Part shown: positions 1 through 15,000 of the stretch, one piece after another | Position numbering within the stretch: the first letter of the stretch is position 1 | How the letters are laid out: each line of letters begins with the position of its first letter | NCBI RefSeq assembly: GCF_031769215.1 | Contig: NW_026782026.1 | Span: forward strand, 124,001-188,000 | Direction: 5' to 3' | Length of the DNA stretch: 64,000 nucleotides | Source: Ylistrum balloti | Taxonomy: Eukaryota | Notes under the pieces: model-generated | What the model was told of the DNA's origin: nothing | The model's input: only the letters and a program-made list of their open reading frames with translations | Database searches by the model: none | Translations under genes and position numbers: made by a program

Positions 1-72
1 GGTAAATGGGACTGATTAAGCGAGCTTTGTTTCCTTGATGATGTCCACTTGCCTCCATGTACATGTAATGAC
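1..72 (-). CDS. MAM gene exon 26 (MAM-H middle, runs off window)
   Basis: [24 protein letters not shown]. Confidence 0.88.
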
Positions 73-3000
73 CTGGTAAAGGAATTTCAAATTAAGAAAA
101 ATCATTAGGGGTAGGATTCTAACCAGACTCAACAAGAAAACCTTGACATAAAAACACTCATTTTGGAGTAAAAAACAATCACCACTTCAGAGCTCTCAAT
201 AAAACCAACAATCAATTTATCTGGTAATAAGCTTATGACTGGTTCTGCTCAATATCACCTTCAAGGAATGGCCAGTGCTGAAACTGAAGAAATTCAAATT
301 AGTCACTGGGGAGACTTAAGAAAATCAGATTAGTCCCTGGGGAGACTAAAGAAAATCAGGTTAGTCCCTGGGGAGACTAAAGAAAATCAGGTTAGTCCCT
401 GGGGAGACTAAAGAAAATCAGGTTAGTCCCTGGGGAGACTAAAGAAAATCACGTTAGTCCCAGGAGAGACTGAGGCTACCTTGGCCAGTCCCTTATTTAG
501 ACTCAGAAAACAGAAAGTAAAAAATCTGATTAGTCCCTGGGGAGACTCAACAAACTCAGACTAGACCAAGCACCTGTTGTTCAATGTACCTGTGTATACT
601 TCACTAAGAAAATTATTATTTCAAACTTATAAATAAAATAAGTATGGTGATAAGATGAAAGTATTAAAAACTAACCATTTGATGTTCCATAGGTGTGGTC
701 ATTAGTCGGTCCAGTTCCAGTTGAGCTGGTTGTGCCACTTCCTCTTGTCCAGTCCAATTGATCAGCATGACTTTGTTGAAATCCACAAATCATTGAACTC
801 TCAAAATCACATGACATTGCAGGCCCTGTCAACATGATATCAATTCAGTAATATTGTAAACATGTAAGGTATCAGAAAGCATTCATAGCCTTCCATAAAT
901 TTCTTTATGGAATATCAATTCTTTGTCAACATCAAAAATATAATTTCTTTGCCACCACCAAAAGTATCATTTTTCTGTTACCACCAAAAGTAACATTTCC
1001 CTGTCACCACCAAAAGTATAATTTCTCTTTCACCACCAAAATTAACATTTCTCTGTCACCACCAAAAGTATAAATTCTATGTCACCACCAAAAGTATAAA
1101 TTCTCGGTCACCACCAAAAGTATAAATTCTCGGTCACCACCAAAAGTATAAATTCTCTGTCACCACCAAAAGTATAAATTCTCGGTCACCAACAAAAGTA
1201 TAAATTCTCGGTCACCACCAAAAGTATAAATTCTTGGTCACAATCAACAGTATAATTTCTCTGTCAGCATCAAAAGTACCATTCATCAGCCACTATCAAA
1301 AGTATCAATTCTCTGTCACCACCAAAAGTATAAATTCTCGGTCACCAACAAAAGTGTCACCACCAAAAGTATAAATTCTCTGTCACCACCAAAAGTATAA
1401 ATTCTCGGTCACCACCAAAAGTATAAATTCTTGATCACAATCAACAGTATAATTTCTCTGTCAGCATCAAAAGTATCATTCATCAGCCACTATCAAAAGT
1501 ATCATTCATCAGCCACTATCAAAAGTATCAATTCTCTGTCACCACCAAAAGTATCATTTATCTGACACCACCAAAAGTATAAATTCTCGGTCACCACCAA
1601 AAGTATAAATTCTCGGTCACCACCAAAAGTATAAATTCTCGGTCACCACCAAAAGTATAAATTCTCGGTCACCACCAAAAGTATAATTTCTTTCACCACC
1701 AAAAGTATAAATTCTTGATCACAATCAACAGTATAATTTCTCTGTCAGCATCAAAAGTATCATTCATCAGCCACTATCAAAAGTATCAATTCTCTGTCAC
1801 CACCAGAAGTATAAATTCTCAGTCACCACCAAAAGTATAAATTCTCGGTCACCACCAAAAGTATAAATTCTCTGTCACCACCAAAAGTATAAATTCTCTG
1901 TCACCACCAAAAGTATAAATTCTCTGTCACCACCAAAAGTATAAATTCTCGGTCACCACCAAAAGTATAAATTCTCGGTCACCAACAAAAGTATAAATTC
2001 TCTGTCACCACCAAAAGTATAAATTCTCTGTCACCACCAAAAGTATAAATTCTCGGTCACCACCAAAAGTATAAATTCTCTGTCACCACCAAAAGTATAA
2101 ATTCTCTGTCACCACCAAAAGTATAAATTCTCTGTCACCACCAAAAGTATAAATTCTCTGTCACCACCAAAAGTATAAATTCTTGATCACAATCAACAGT
2201 ATAATTTCTCTGTCAGCATCAAAAGTATCATTCATCAGCCACTATCAAAAGTATCAATTCTCTGTCACCACCAAAAGTATAAATTCTCTGTCACCACCAA
2301 AAGTATAAATTCTCGGTCACCACCAAAAGTATAAATTCTCGGTCACCACCAAAAGTATAAATTCTCGGTCACCACCAAAAGTATAAATTCTCTGTCAGCA
2401 TCAAAAGTATAAATTCTCTGTCACCACCAAAAGTATAAATTCTCGGTCACCACCAAAAGTATAAATTCTCGGTCACCACCAAAAGTATCAATTCTCTGTC
2501 ACCACCAAAAGTATAAATTCTCTGTCACCACCAAAAGTATAAATTCTCTGTCACCACCAAAAGTATAAATTCTCTGTCACCACCAAAAGTATAAATTCTC
2601 TGTCACCACCAAAAGTATAAATTCTCTGTCACCACCAAAAGTATAAATTCTCCACCAAAAGTATAAATTCTCGGTCACCACCAAAAGTATAAATTCTCTG
2701 TCACCACCAAAAGTATAAATTCTCGGTCACCACCAAAAGTATAAATTCTCTGTCACCAACAAAAGTATAAATTCTCTGTCACCACCAAAAGTATAAATTC
2801 TCGGTCACCACCAAAAGTATAAATTCTCTGTCACCACCAAAAGTATAAATTCTCGGTCACCAGCAAAAGTATCATTTATCTGACACCACCAAAAGTATGA
2901 ATTCCCGGTCACCATCAAAGGTGTTCTGTTAAAAAGAAAGGAACAACACACAAAAAGTCATAAAACCAGATAAATATTCTATAACAGTAGAGCTCAATGA

Positions 3001-6000
3001 TAACAATTATAGCACTTATTCAGTATGACTGACACTGAAACAATAGGGGAAAAGGGAATCCCATTCTTAAATAAACCTAATCAAAACAAGTAATTTATCC
3101 CAGTAAGAGATATTTCATGGCATTATCACAGTATTCCTAATAAGGTTAACACAATCAGTCAGAATACCTACCATTTGTACAACTGCCTTCTGAAATGCCC
3201 ACATCATCTATAGCTATATCACCAAAAATACCGCCTCGGGTACTCTCAAAGACCACCTTCAACAGACAGGAAATCAAATATTATAAAGTACAAAGTCTTT
3301 TCATAAACAGGAAGTCTCATCATTAACAAGATGTGTCATCACCAACAGGAAGTCTGGTCACTAATGTGAAGTATCATCACCAACAGAAAGTGCCATCATC
3401 AACAGGAAGTGGCATCATTAAAAGAAAGTGTTTAAAGCTTCATAAACAGGAAGTGCCATCATCAACAGGAAGTGGCATCATTAATAGAAAGTGTTTAAAG
3501 CTTCATAAACAGGAAGTGCCATCATCAACAGGAAGTGTCATCATTAACAGAAAGTGTTTAAAGCTTTATAAACAGGAAGTGCCATCATCAACAGGAAGTG
3601 TTATCATTAACAGGAAGTGGCATCGTTAAAAGAAAGTGTTTAAAGCTTCATAAACAGGAAGTGCCATCATCAACAGGAAGTGCCATCATCAACAGGAAGT
3701 GGCATCTTTAAAAGAAAGTGTTTAAAGCTTCATAAACAGGAAGTGCCATCATCAACAGGAAGTGTCATCATTTAAAGAAAGTGTTTAAAGCTTCATAAAC
3801 AGGAAGTGACACCATCAACAGGAAGTGTCATCATTAATAGAAAGTGTTTAAAGCTTCATAAACAGGAAGTGCCATCATCAACAGGAAGTGTCATCATTTA
3901 AAGAAAGTGTTTAAAGCTTCATAAACAGGAAGTGACACCATCAACAGGAAGTGTCATCATTAATAGAAAGTGTTTAAAGCTTCATAAACAGGAAGTGACA
4001 CCATCCACAGGAAGTGTCATCATTAATAGAAAGTGTTTAAAGCTTCATAAACAGGAAGTGCCATCATCAACAGGAAGTGTCATCATTTAAAGAAAGTGTT
4101 TAAAGCTTCATAAACAGGAAGTGACACCATCAACAGGAAGTGTCATCATTAACAGAAAGTGTTCAAAGCTTTATAAACAGGAAGTGCCAACACTAGAAGC
4201 CCCATCAATAACAAGAATTACATAATAGCATATACAGGAAGTGTCATTACTAACAGGAAGTGTCATCACTTACAGAAACATCATGAACTGCAAATGATAT
4301 TAGCAATCAGAAGTTTGCGAATGTGAAGTTATATTGTAAACAGGAAGCGCCAACATAACCTAGCAGTGAAACAATAAACTAGAAGTGCCTTCACAAAAAG
4401 GTAGTGTCAATGCAAACAGGAAGTGTGATTTTATATCGTAAACAGGAAGTGCAAACAGCAACCAGAGGTGAAACCATCAGGAACAAGAATTATGTAACAT
4501 TATGTACAGGAAGTGTCATTAAAACAGGAAGTACAATCAAGAATAGAAAGTGAAATTACCGAATGTTTCATCAAAAATAGGAAGTGAAATCAATATCAGA
4601 AAAAGTGCCTTAAAGATATTTGTATGTTCCAATCTTACATTGAAAACGGTTTTGGCAGTAATGTCAATTTGGCCCATCAACCATCGGTTACCCTGATTTC
4701 CACTTCGCCTCCAGATAGGGCTAGAGGGCAGTGCCAGACCGCTCTTGGTATAGACATTTAATTGGGCTACATTACGTCCCATCATGAAATACCAGAAAGT
4801 GAGACACTTGGTTGGGGTGCCAGTGTTAGCTACATCAGGGCTTATCAGTCGAGCTTTGTCTCCGTTTTGCCTTGGCCTAGATGCCTCCGTGTATACGTAA
4901 TAGCCACCTGTCAAAGGAGCTACACTTAAATCTTGGTAAATTAGTGTAATCAGTTAAAACTTTAACCTGAAGTCTGAGATATAAAGAACCATTACTTTTT
5001 ACCTTAAATCTCAGCTTTAAAGATCCAAAGAATGAATATTTTCATATTAAGCTATATTAAACAAGGATGTTAAAACCATTAATCTGACAAACAATTATTT
5101 GTTCAGCCCAACTGTTACTCTTAAATCAACATAATTTTTACCTCTTATCATACTAACACTGCTTCATTTAGCCACATTGTTACAGAATATTGAGTGAAAA
5201 TAATGGAAGGAGTTAATAGAACACTAATATGTGTAAGAAGGACATCTCACTTCCACTATGATCAGAGTTGGGACCTGTTGAGCTACTCTGAGTACGCCCT
5301 CGCATCCTTGTCCAATCAAAATTATCGGTTTTATCCTGGATCCAACCACAGAAGTTAGTATCGAAGCTGCAGTTGAATGACCCTTGGGCTACGGGTGTTG
5401 TAATGGTAGTAGACATGGTGGTTGGTCCAATTATAGGATGGGCCCGACTTGGTCTCACTATTAACAGAAAACAGGCCTTGACGATTTCAATAAATGTTAT
5501 TATATTGTGTATTGCAGACATGTAGAGGCAGGCTCTTTAAAAAAAACATACTTCATAAATCTTCAGGATGCTCGTAACATATCTGGAATAACATTATTTT
5601 ATTTTTCAATTTGGATGTAAAGAACTCACCTCCACAGCTGGATTCAGCAAAAGATATATCATCAATTGCTATATCACCAGTAACAGATGTTCCTCTTCGC
5701 CCTTGGAACACAATCTGGTAACTTTTAGTGGGCATACTAATTGGAGCACTGGCAGCCTGCCATTGTTGTCCCTGGTCACCAGTCAGACTCCAAATAGCTG
5801 AGTCAGCAGTACCTGAAATGTTGACATAAAACCAATTAAAACAATGTTAAATGGCCTCTTAAATACCACAAACTCATACTGACTAATGACTTCTAAAATA
5901 ACTCAAAACTCATACTGAATATACATTCAAATACTGTCTGATGACCTGTAAGTACATACAGTATCTATATGGTCTGATGACCTGTAATTACATACAGTAT

Positions 6001-9000
6001 CTATACTGTCTGATGACCTGTAAGTACATACAGTATCTATATGGTCTGATGACCTGTAAGTACATACAGTATCTATACTGTCTGATGACCTGTAAGTACA
6101 TACAGTATCTATACTGTCTGATGACCTGTAATTACATACAGTATCTATACTGTCTGATGATCTGTAAGTACATACAGTATCTATATGGTCTGATGACCTG
6201 TAATACATACAGTATCTATACTGTCTGATGACCTGTAATTACATACAGTATCTATACTGTCTGATGATCTGTAATTACATACAGTATCTATACTGTCTGA
6301 TGACCTGTAATACACATACAGTATCTATACTGTCTGATGACCTGTAATACACATACAGTATCTATACTGTCTGATGACCTGTAAGTACATACAGTATCTA
6401 TACTGTCTGATGACCTGTAAGTACATACAGTATCTATACTGTCTGATGACCTGTAATACACATACAGTAACTATACTGTCTGATGACCTGTAATACACAT
6501 ACAGTAACTATACTGTCTGATGACCTGTAAGTACATACAGTATCTATACTGTCTGATGATCTGTAATTACATACAGTATCTATACTGTCTGATGACCTGT
6601 AATACACATACAGTATCTATACTGTCTGATGACCTGTAAGTACATACAGTATCTATATGGTCTGATGACCTGTAATATACATACAGTATCTATACTGTCT
6701 GATGACCTGTAATACACATACAGTATCTATACTGTCTGATGACCTGTAATACACATACAGTATCTATACTGTCTGATGACTAATTAGAACTTGGATTTCA
6801 ATATTATGATTGGCAACATAGTGCATTTCAAATATACCTGACCTTGAACTTACCTTGAACCCTCATGAGGACTGTAAGAGTGTCTATGGTTTGGCCGTAC
6901 ATGTTGTACCAGAAGGATATACAGCGTCCAGACGCAGATGTTGGTGGGAAAACCTCACTCACTAGCCAAGCAACGTTCCCAGCCAGTTGCGGCGCAGATG
7001 TCTCTATATACATGTAGTGACCTGTAACATAGGTAGGAATACACTTTATTCATGCTAACTGCACAAATAACTTGTATATTTTTATAACACATTAAATGTA
7101 GAAATACAAAACACTGTGTATTTTATGAAATATAGACAAAGGGATGTTGATGATGAGTATAAGTATCAATTAAATAATTCAGATAAAATGACAACATTCT
7201 ACTCCTTTAACGAAAGAAAGCATTGCCAGGGAGATTAGGGGAGAGAATGAAATCGCAGTTCCAGATAGTATGATTTTGGGGAGAGTATGAAACCTTTGAA
7301 GCACAAAAGGGGCAGACCAAGAAACACCTGGCGCCGAACTGTACAGACAGAGCTCAAGACCATGGAACAGACTTGGGGTACCATCCAGAGGCTGACCCAG
7401 AACCGGCAGACGTGGCGATCCTTCGTAGTCGCCCTACATGCCACACGGCATAACGGGCATGAGTGAGTGAGTGAATGAAACCTTTGTCTGGGAGAATATG
7501 ATTGAAGGGTGAATATGAGAACTTTGTTAGGGAGAGGATGATTTAGACGAGAATATGAAAACTGTTTTTAAGAGAGTGTATGATTTGGGGGAGAGTCCGA
7601 AAACTCTCTCTTGGAGAGTAAGGTTTAAGGGAGAATATGAAAATTATGTCTGAGAGAGTATGTTTTAAGGGAGAGTGTGACAACTCTGTTTGAGAGAGGA
7701 TGATTTAGGAGAGAATATGAAAACTCTGTTAGGGAGAGGATAATTAAGGAAGAGTATGAAAACTCAGTCTGGGAGGGTAAGGTTTAAGGGAGAGTATAAA
7801 AACTTTGTCTGGGAGAGTATGGTTCAAGGGAAAGTACAAAAAGAGAAGGCATGATTTAGGGAAGTATAAAAAGAGAGGGAATGATTTTAGGAAGAGCCTT
7901 CATCAGGGAGTATATATATTTTGGGAGAGAGTAACAAGGAGAGGATATAAAAAAATGACGTCTCAGAGGGTATGATTTTGGGGGCAGTATAAAAAGAGAG
8001 AATATAATTACCGGTTGAGCCTCCAGTTGTGTGGTCTGTCCTAGGACCAGTGAACTGTGATGATGTTGTACCCGAATTAATTTCCCAGTCAAACTGATCT
8101 CCTATTTGTACATTGGACCAGGTACATTGACCTGTTTCAAAGTCACACTCGCCTGCGTAAAAAGATATGATATTACGTACAAATTCTTACACAAGTTTTC
8201 ATTTAATATATGAATTTGTAAAACAAAGTTCAAGAATTTTTCTTTTTAGCGAGCCTCTTACTCTGTTGAGTTTTGTAGATTACATATCAAATGGAAATAA
8301 AATGAAAATCCTTTTTAACACATGATATATCTGTAAATGTGTGATTTTATTATGTAAACCTCACAAAAATATGACATGGGTATATTGACCTTATAACAAA
8401 GCAATCATATGTTTAACCACAATACCATCTACATACACCATACACTAAACAACATACACCAAACAACATACACCATACATCAAACACCCTACACCAAACA
8501 AAATACACCAAACAACATACACCAAACAACATACACCTTACAACATACACCAAACAACATACACCTAACAACATACACCTAACAACATACACCAAACACC
8601 ATACACCTAACAACATACACCTAACAACATACACCTAACAACATACACCAAACAACATATACCAAACACCAAACAACATACACCAAACAACATATACCAA
8701 ACAACATACACCTAACAACATACACCAAACAACATACACCTAACAACATACACCAAACACCATACACCAAACACCATACACCAAACAACATACACCTAAC
8801 AACATACACCAAACAACATACACCTAACAACATACACCAAACACCATACACCAAACAACATACACCAAACACCAAACAACATACACCTAACAACATACAC
8901 CTAACAACATACACCAAACAACATATACCAATCAACATACACCAAAAAACATACACCAAACACCATACACCAAACACCATACACCAAACACCATACACCA

Positions 9001-12000
9001 AACAACACACACCTAACAACATACACCAAACAACATACACCAAACAACATACACCTAACAACATACACCAAACAACATACACCAAACAACATACACCAAA
9101 CAACATACACCTAACAACATACACCAAACAAACAACATACACCAAACAACATACACCAAACACCATACACCTAACAACATACACCTAACAACATACACCT
9201 AACAACATACACCAAACAACATACACCTAACAACATACACCAAACAACATACACCAAACACCATACATCTAACAACATACACCTAACAACATACACCAAA
9301 CAACATACACCTAACAACATACACCTAACAACATACACCAAAACCAAACACCAAACAACATACACCAAACACCAAACAACATACACCTAACAACATACAC
9401 CAAACACCCTACACCAAACACCAAACACCAAACAACATACACAAAACAACATACACCAAACAACATACACCAAACAACATACACCTAACAACATACACCA
9501 AACAACATACACCTAACAACATACACCAAACAACATACACAAAACACCAAACAACATACACCAAACAACATACACCAAACACCAAACAACATACACCTAT
9601 CAACATACACCAAACACCAAACAACATACACCTATCAACATACACCAAACAACATACACCTAACAACATACACCAAACACCAAACAACATACACCTAACA
9701 ACATACACCAAACAACATACACCTAACAACATACACCTAACAACATACACCAAACACCATACACCAAACAACATACACCAAACACCAAACATACACCAAA
9801 CAACATACACCAAACACCAAACAACATACACCTAACAACATACACTAAACAACATACACCTAACAACATACACCAAACAACATACACCAAACACACACCT
9901 AACAACATACACCAAACAACATACACCAAACAACATACACAAAACACCAAACATACACCAAACAACAAGCAACATACACCATAAACCTAACAACATACAC
10001 CAAATAACATACACCTAACAACATACACCAAACACCAAACAACATACACCTAACAACATACACTAAACAACATACACCTAACAACATACACCAAACAACA
10101 TACACCAAACACCAAACATACACCTAACAACATACACCAAACAACATACACCAAACAACATACACAAAACACCAAACATACACCAAACAACATACACCAA
10201 ACACCAAACAACATACACCTATCAACATACACCAAACAACATACACCTAACAACATACACCAAACACCAAACAACATACACCTAACAACATACACCTAAC
10301 AACATACACCAAACACCATACACCAAACAACATACACCTAACAACATACACCAAACAACATACACCAAACACCATACACCAAACAACATATACCAAACAA
10401 CATACACCTAACAACATATACCAAACAACATACACCAAACAACATACACCAAACAACATACACAAAACACCAAACATACACCAAACAACATACGCCAAAC
10501 ACCAAACAACATACACCTATCAACATACACCAAACAACATACACCTAACAACATACACCTAACAACATACACCAAACAACATACACCTAACCTAACAACA
10601 TACACCAAACAACATACACCTAACAACATACACCAAACACCATACACCTAACAACATACACCTAACAACATACAGCTAACAACATATACCAATCAACATA
10701 CACCTAACAACATACACCAAACAACATACACCTAACACCAAACACCAAACAACATATACCAATCAACATACACCTAACAACATACATCTAACAACATACA
10801 CCAAACACCATACACCTAACAACATACACCTAACACCATACACCTAACAACATACACCTAACAACATACAGCTAACATACACGAAACAACATACACCAAA
10901 CAACATACACCTAACAACATACACTAAACAACATACACCTAACAACATACACCAAACAACATACACCAAACATACACCTAACAACATACATCTAACAACA
11001 TACACCAAACAACATACACCTAACAACATACACCTAACAACATACACCAAACACCATACACCAAACAACATACACCTAACAACATACACCTAACACCATA
11101 CACCAAACAACAAGCAACATACACCATACACCTAACAACATACACCAAACAACATACACCAACACCATACACCAAACAACAAGCAACATACACCAAACAC
11201 CAAACAACATACACCAAACAACATACACCTAACAACATACACCAAACACCCTACACTAAACACCATACACTAAACAACATACACCTAACAACATACACCT
11301 AACAACATATACCAAACAACATACACCAAACAACATACACCAAAAAACATACACCTAACAACATACACTAAACAACATACACCTAACAACATACACTAAA
11401 CAACATACACCTAACAACATACACCTAACAACATATACCAAACAACATACACCAAACAACATACACCTAACAACATACACCAAACAACATACACCAAACA
11501 ACATACACTAAACAACATACACCAAAAAACATACACCTAACAACATACACTAAACAACATACACCTAACAACATATACCAAACAACATACACCAAACAAC
11601 ATACACCAAAAAACATACACCTAACAACATACACTAAACAACATACACCTAACAACATACACCAAACAACATACAGCTAACAACATACACCAAACAACAT
11701 ACACATAACAACATACACCAAACAACATACACCTAACAACATACACCAAACAACATACACCAAACAACATACACCAAACACCAAACAACATACACCAAAC
11801 AACATACACCTAACAACATACACCAAATATCATACACCTAACAACATACACCAAACACCAAACAACATACACCAAATAACATACACCTAACAACATACAC
11901 CAAACAACATACACCTAACAACATACACTAAACAACATACATCTAACAACATACACCAAACAACATACACTAAACAACATACACCAAAAAACATACACCT

Positions 12001-15000
12001 AACAACATACACTAAACAACATACACCTAACAACATATACCAAACAACATACACCAAACAACATACACCAAAAAACATACACCTAACAACATACACTAAA
12101 CAACATACACCTAACAACATACACCAAACAACATACAGCTAACAACATACACCAAACAACATACACCTAACAACATACACCAAACAACATACACCTAACA
12201 ACATACACCAAACAACATACACCTAACAACGTACACCAAACACCAAACAACATACACCTAACAACATACACCAAACAACATACACCAAACACCAAACAAC
12301 ATACACCTATAACATACACCTAACAACATACACCAAACAACATACACCTAACAACATACACTAAACAACATACATCTAACAACATACACCTAACACCATA
12401 CACCAAACAACAAGCAACATACACCAAACACCATACACCAAACAACATACACCAAACAACATACACCAAACACCAAACAACATACACCTATCAACATACA
12501 CCAAACAACATACACCAAACACCAAACAACATACACCTATCAACATACACCAAACAACATACACCTAACAACATACACCAAACAACATACACCTAACAAC
12601 ATACACCTAACAACATACACCTAACAACATACACCAAACACCATACACCAAACAACATACACCTAACAACATACACCTAACACCATACACCTAACAACAT
12701 ACACCTAACAACATACACCTAACAACATACACCAAACACCATACACCAAACAACATACACCTAACAACATACACCTAACAACAAACACCTAAAAACATAC
12801 ACCAAACAACATATACCAAACACCATATACCAAACACCATACACCAAACAAAAAGCAACATACACCAAACACCAAACAACATACACCTAACAGCATACAC
12901 CAAACACCATACACCAAACAACATACACCTAACAACATACACCTAACAGCATACACCAAACACCATACACTAAATAACATACACCAAACACCAAGCAACA
13001 CACAACATAAAACTTAGTACATATTTTATAACTTATCATCAATTCCATGTTGTGTAGCTACTGTAAATCACTTAATATATTTACAAGAGGAGAGTCAATT
13101 GCTAATTCACATCCCTTGCAAAAATTTGTACAAAATAACTCTGGCATCTATATTGATTCAGTTATTTATATGAACGTTTTGCAGATTTCATTTCTCTAAT
13201 AGCTTATTATTTGTAAATTTTAATTAATTTCTTGATCAACAACTATGAAATTACATACCTGAAAAGGTACTTTCTGTTAGTATTTTAAGTGATTTACAGT
13301 ATACAATTATTATGTTATGATATTAAATTCACAACTGATCTAAAAACATCAAACGTATTGGTTATATTACAACTGTTTACCTGGGTTTTGACAAGGTCCT
13401 GATTTAAATTTGATGTCATCAATAGCAATGTCCCCTCTGGCATTTGAACCTCTCACTCCCTCAAAGACAACCTGTCAAGAGTTTTGTTAATTTGATATTC
13501 ATTAAAGACACAGGTTAGTATAATGTATAATGTCAATATAGTGTTATAACAAACAAAAAGATAATAACTCAAACATAGCAACTTTACCTTTCAAGCTGGT
13601 ACAGAGTTATAACACACACAGAGATGTCAACTCAAAAATGGCAACTTTACCTTTCAAGCTGGTACAGAGTTATAACACACAGAGATGTCAACTCAAAAAT
13701 GGCAACTTTACCTTTCAAGCTGGTACAGAGTTATAACACACACAGAGATGTCAACTCAAAAATGGCAACTTTACCAACCAAGCAAGTAGTTTGTTGACAA
13801 CTTGATACATGCACCGAAGGCACAAAGGAGTGGTCAACCATCCAAGTGGTGACCTTGATCTCTAAGTCGCATAACTACATTACACACACATGACACTCAA
13901 CTAAACAGCCACAAAAACTACCAACTGGAATACATAACTGATATGCCTTTATCCATGAAATCCATCCAAGTGCTGACCTCATACAATACTGCTTAACTTA
14001 ACTCCATTGAAGGATCTCATCCAAGTGCTGACCTCATTCAACACTGCTTAACTTAACTCCAATGAAGGATGCCATCCAAGTGCTGACCTCATTCAACACT
14101 GCTTAACTTAACTTCATTGAAGGATCTCATCCAAGTGCTGACCACATTCAACACTGCTTAACATTGACAGACTCCAAGTGCTGACCTCATTCAGCACTGC
14201 TTAACTTAACTTCATTGAAGGATCCCATCCAAGTGCTGACCTCATTCAACACTGCTTAACTTAACTCCATTGACGGATCCCATCCAAGTGCTGACCTCAT
14301 TCAACACTGCTTAACTTAACTACGTTGAAGAAACCCATCTAAGTGCTGACCTCATTCAACACTGCTTAACTTAACTCCAATGAAGGATGCCATCCAAGTG
14401 CTGACCTCATTCAACACTGTTTAACTTAACTTCATTGAAGGATCTCATCCAAGTGCTGACCACATTCAACACTGCTTAACTTAACTCCATTGACAGATCC
14501 CATCCAAGTGCTGACCTCATTCAGCACTGCATAACTTAACTCCAATGAAGGATCCCATCCAAGTGCTGACCTCATTCAACACTGCTTAACTTAACTACAT
14601 TAGAGAAATGGCACTCTCCTGCAAGGCCACCCAAGCTAGCTATTGGCCTCAGCTGCAAGAATACCAACACCAATCAACCATATCATTATTACAGAAACTG
14701 TATACAGTAAAACACCATATAAAAACATAACTTTACACTTGGTACAAAGTGCATTATGGTTCCCTCCAAAATGGTCTGTAACTCATATAATTTTGTAGCA
14801 ATATTTCATTACAGAATATTTAATTTTTTTTTATGATTTTACTGACAAAAGGAATTGGGCTACAGACATCGCCTATAAAAGCCTTCTCCATGTAGCGATA
14901 TTGTCAGTAAGGAAAAAATTCCTCATTATTATGAAATAATTCTGCGGTGAGCTGGTTGGACAATATAACACAAATTTTCATGTTCATTTTAGATCAACAC

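Noticed and set aside
5930-6780. CTGATGA followed by a CTGTA/TACAG stem in each unit (hammerhead-like); also CTGATGA in the 52795-53040 array
   Set aside because: No GAAA after the stem and no stem III/cleavage triplet, so the catalytic core is incomplete.
8413-13001. Dozens of Cys/Val-rich ORFs ([13 protein letters not shown]...)
   Set aside because: Translations of the 14-bp simple satellite inside an intron; open in several frames, with no splice or domain support.
13430-13445. RGD motif in MAM-E ([10 protein letters not shown])
   Set aside because: The GD is part of the conserved GDIAIDD beta-strand; the preceding R is probably incidental.
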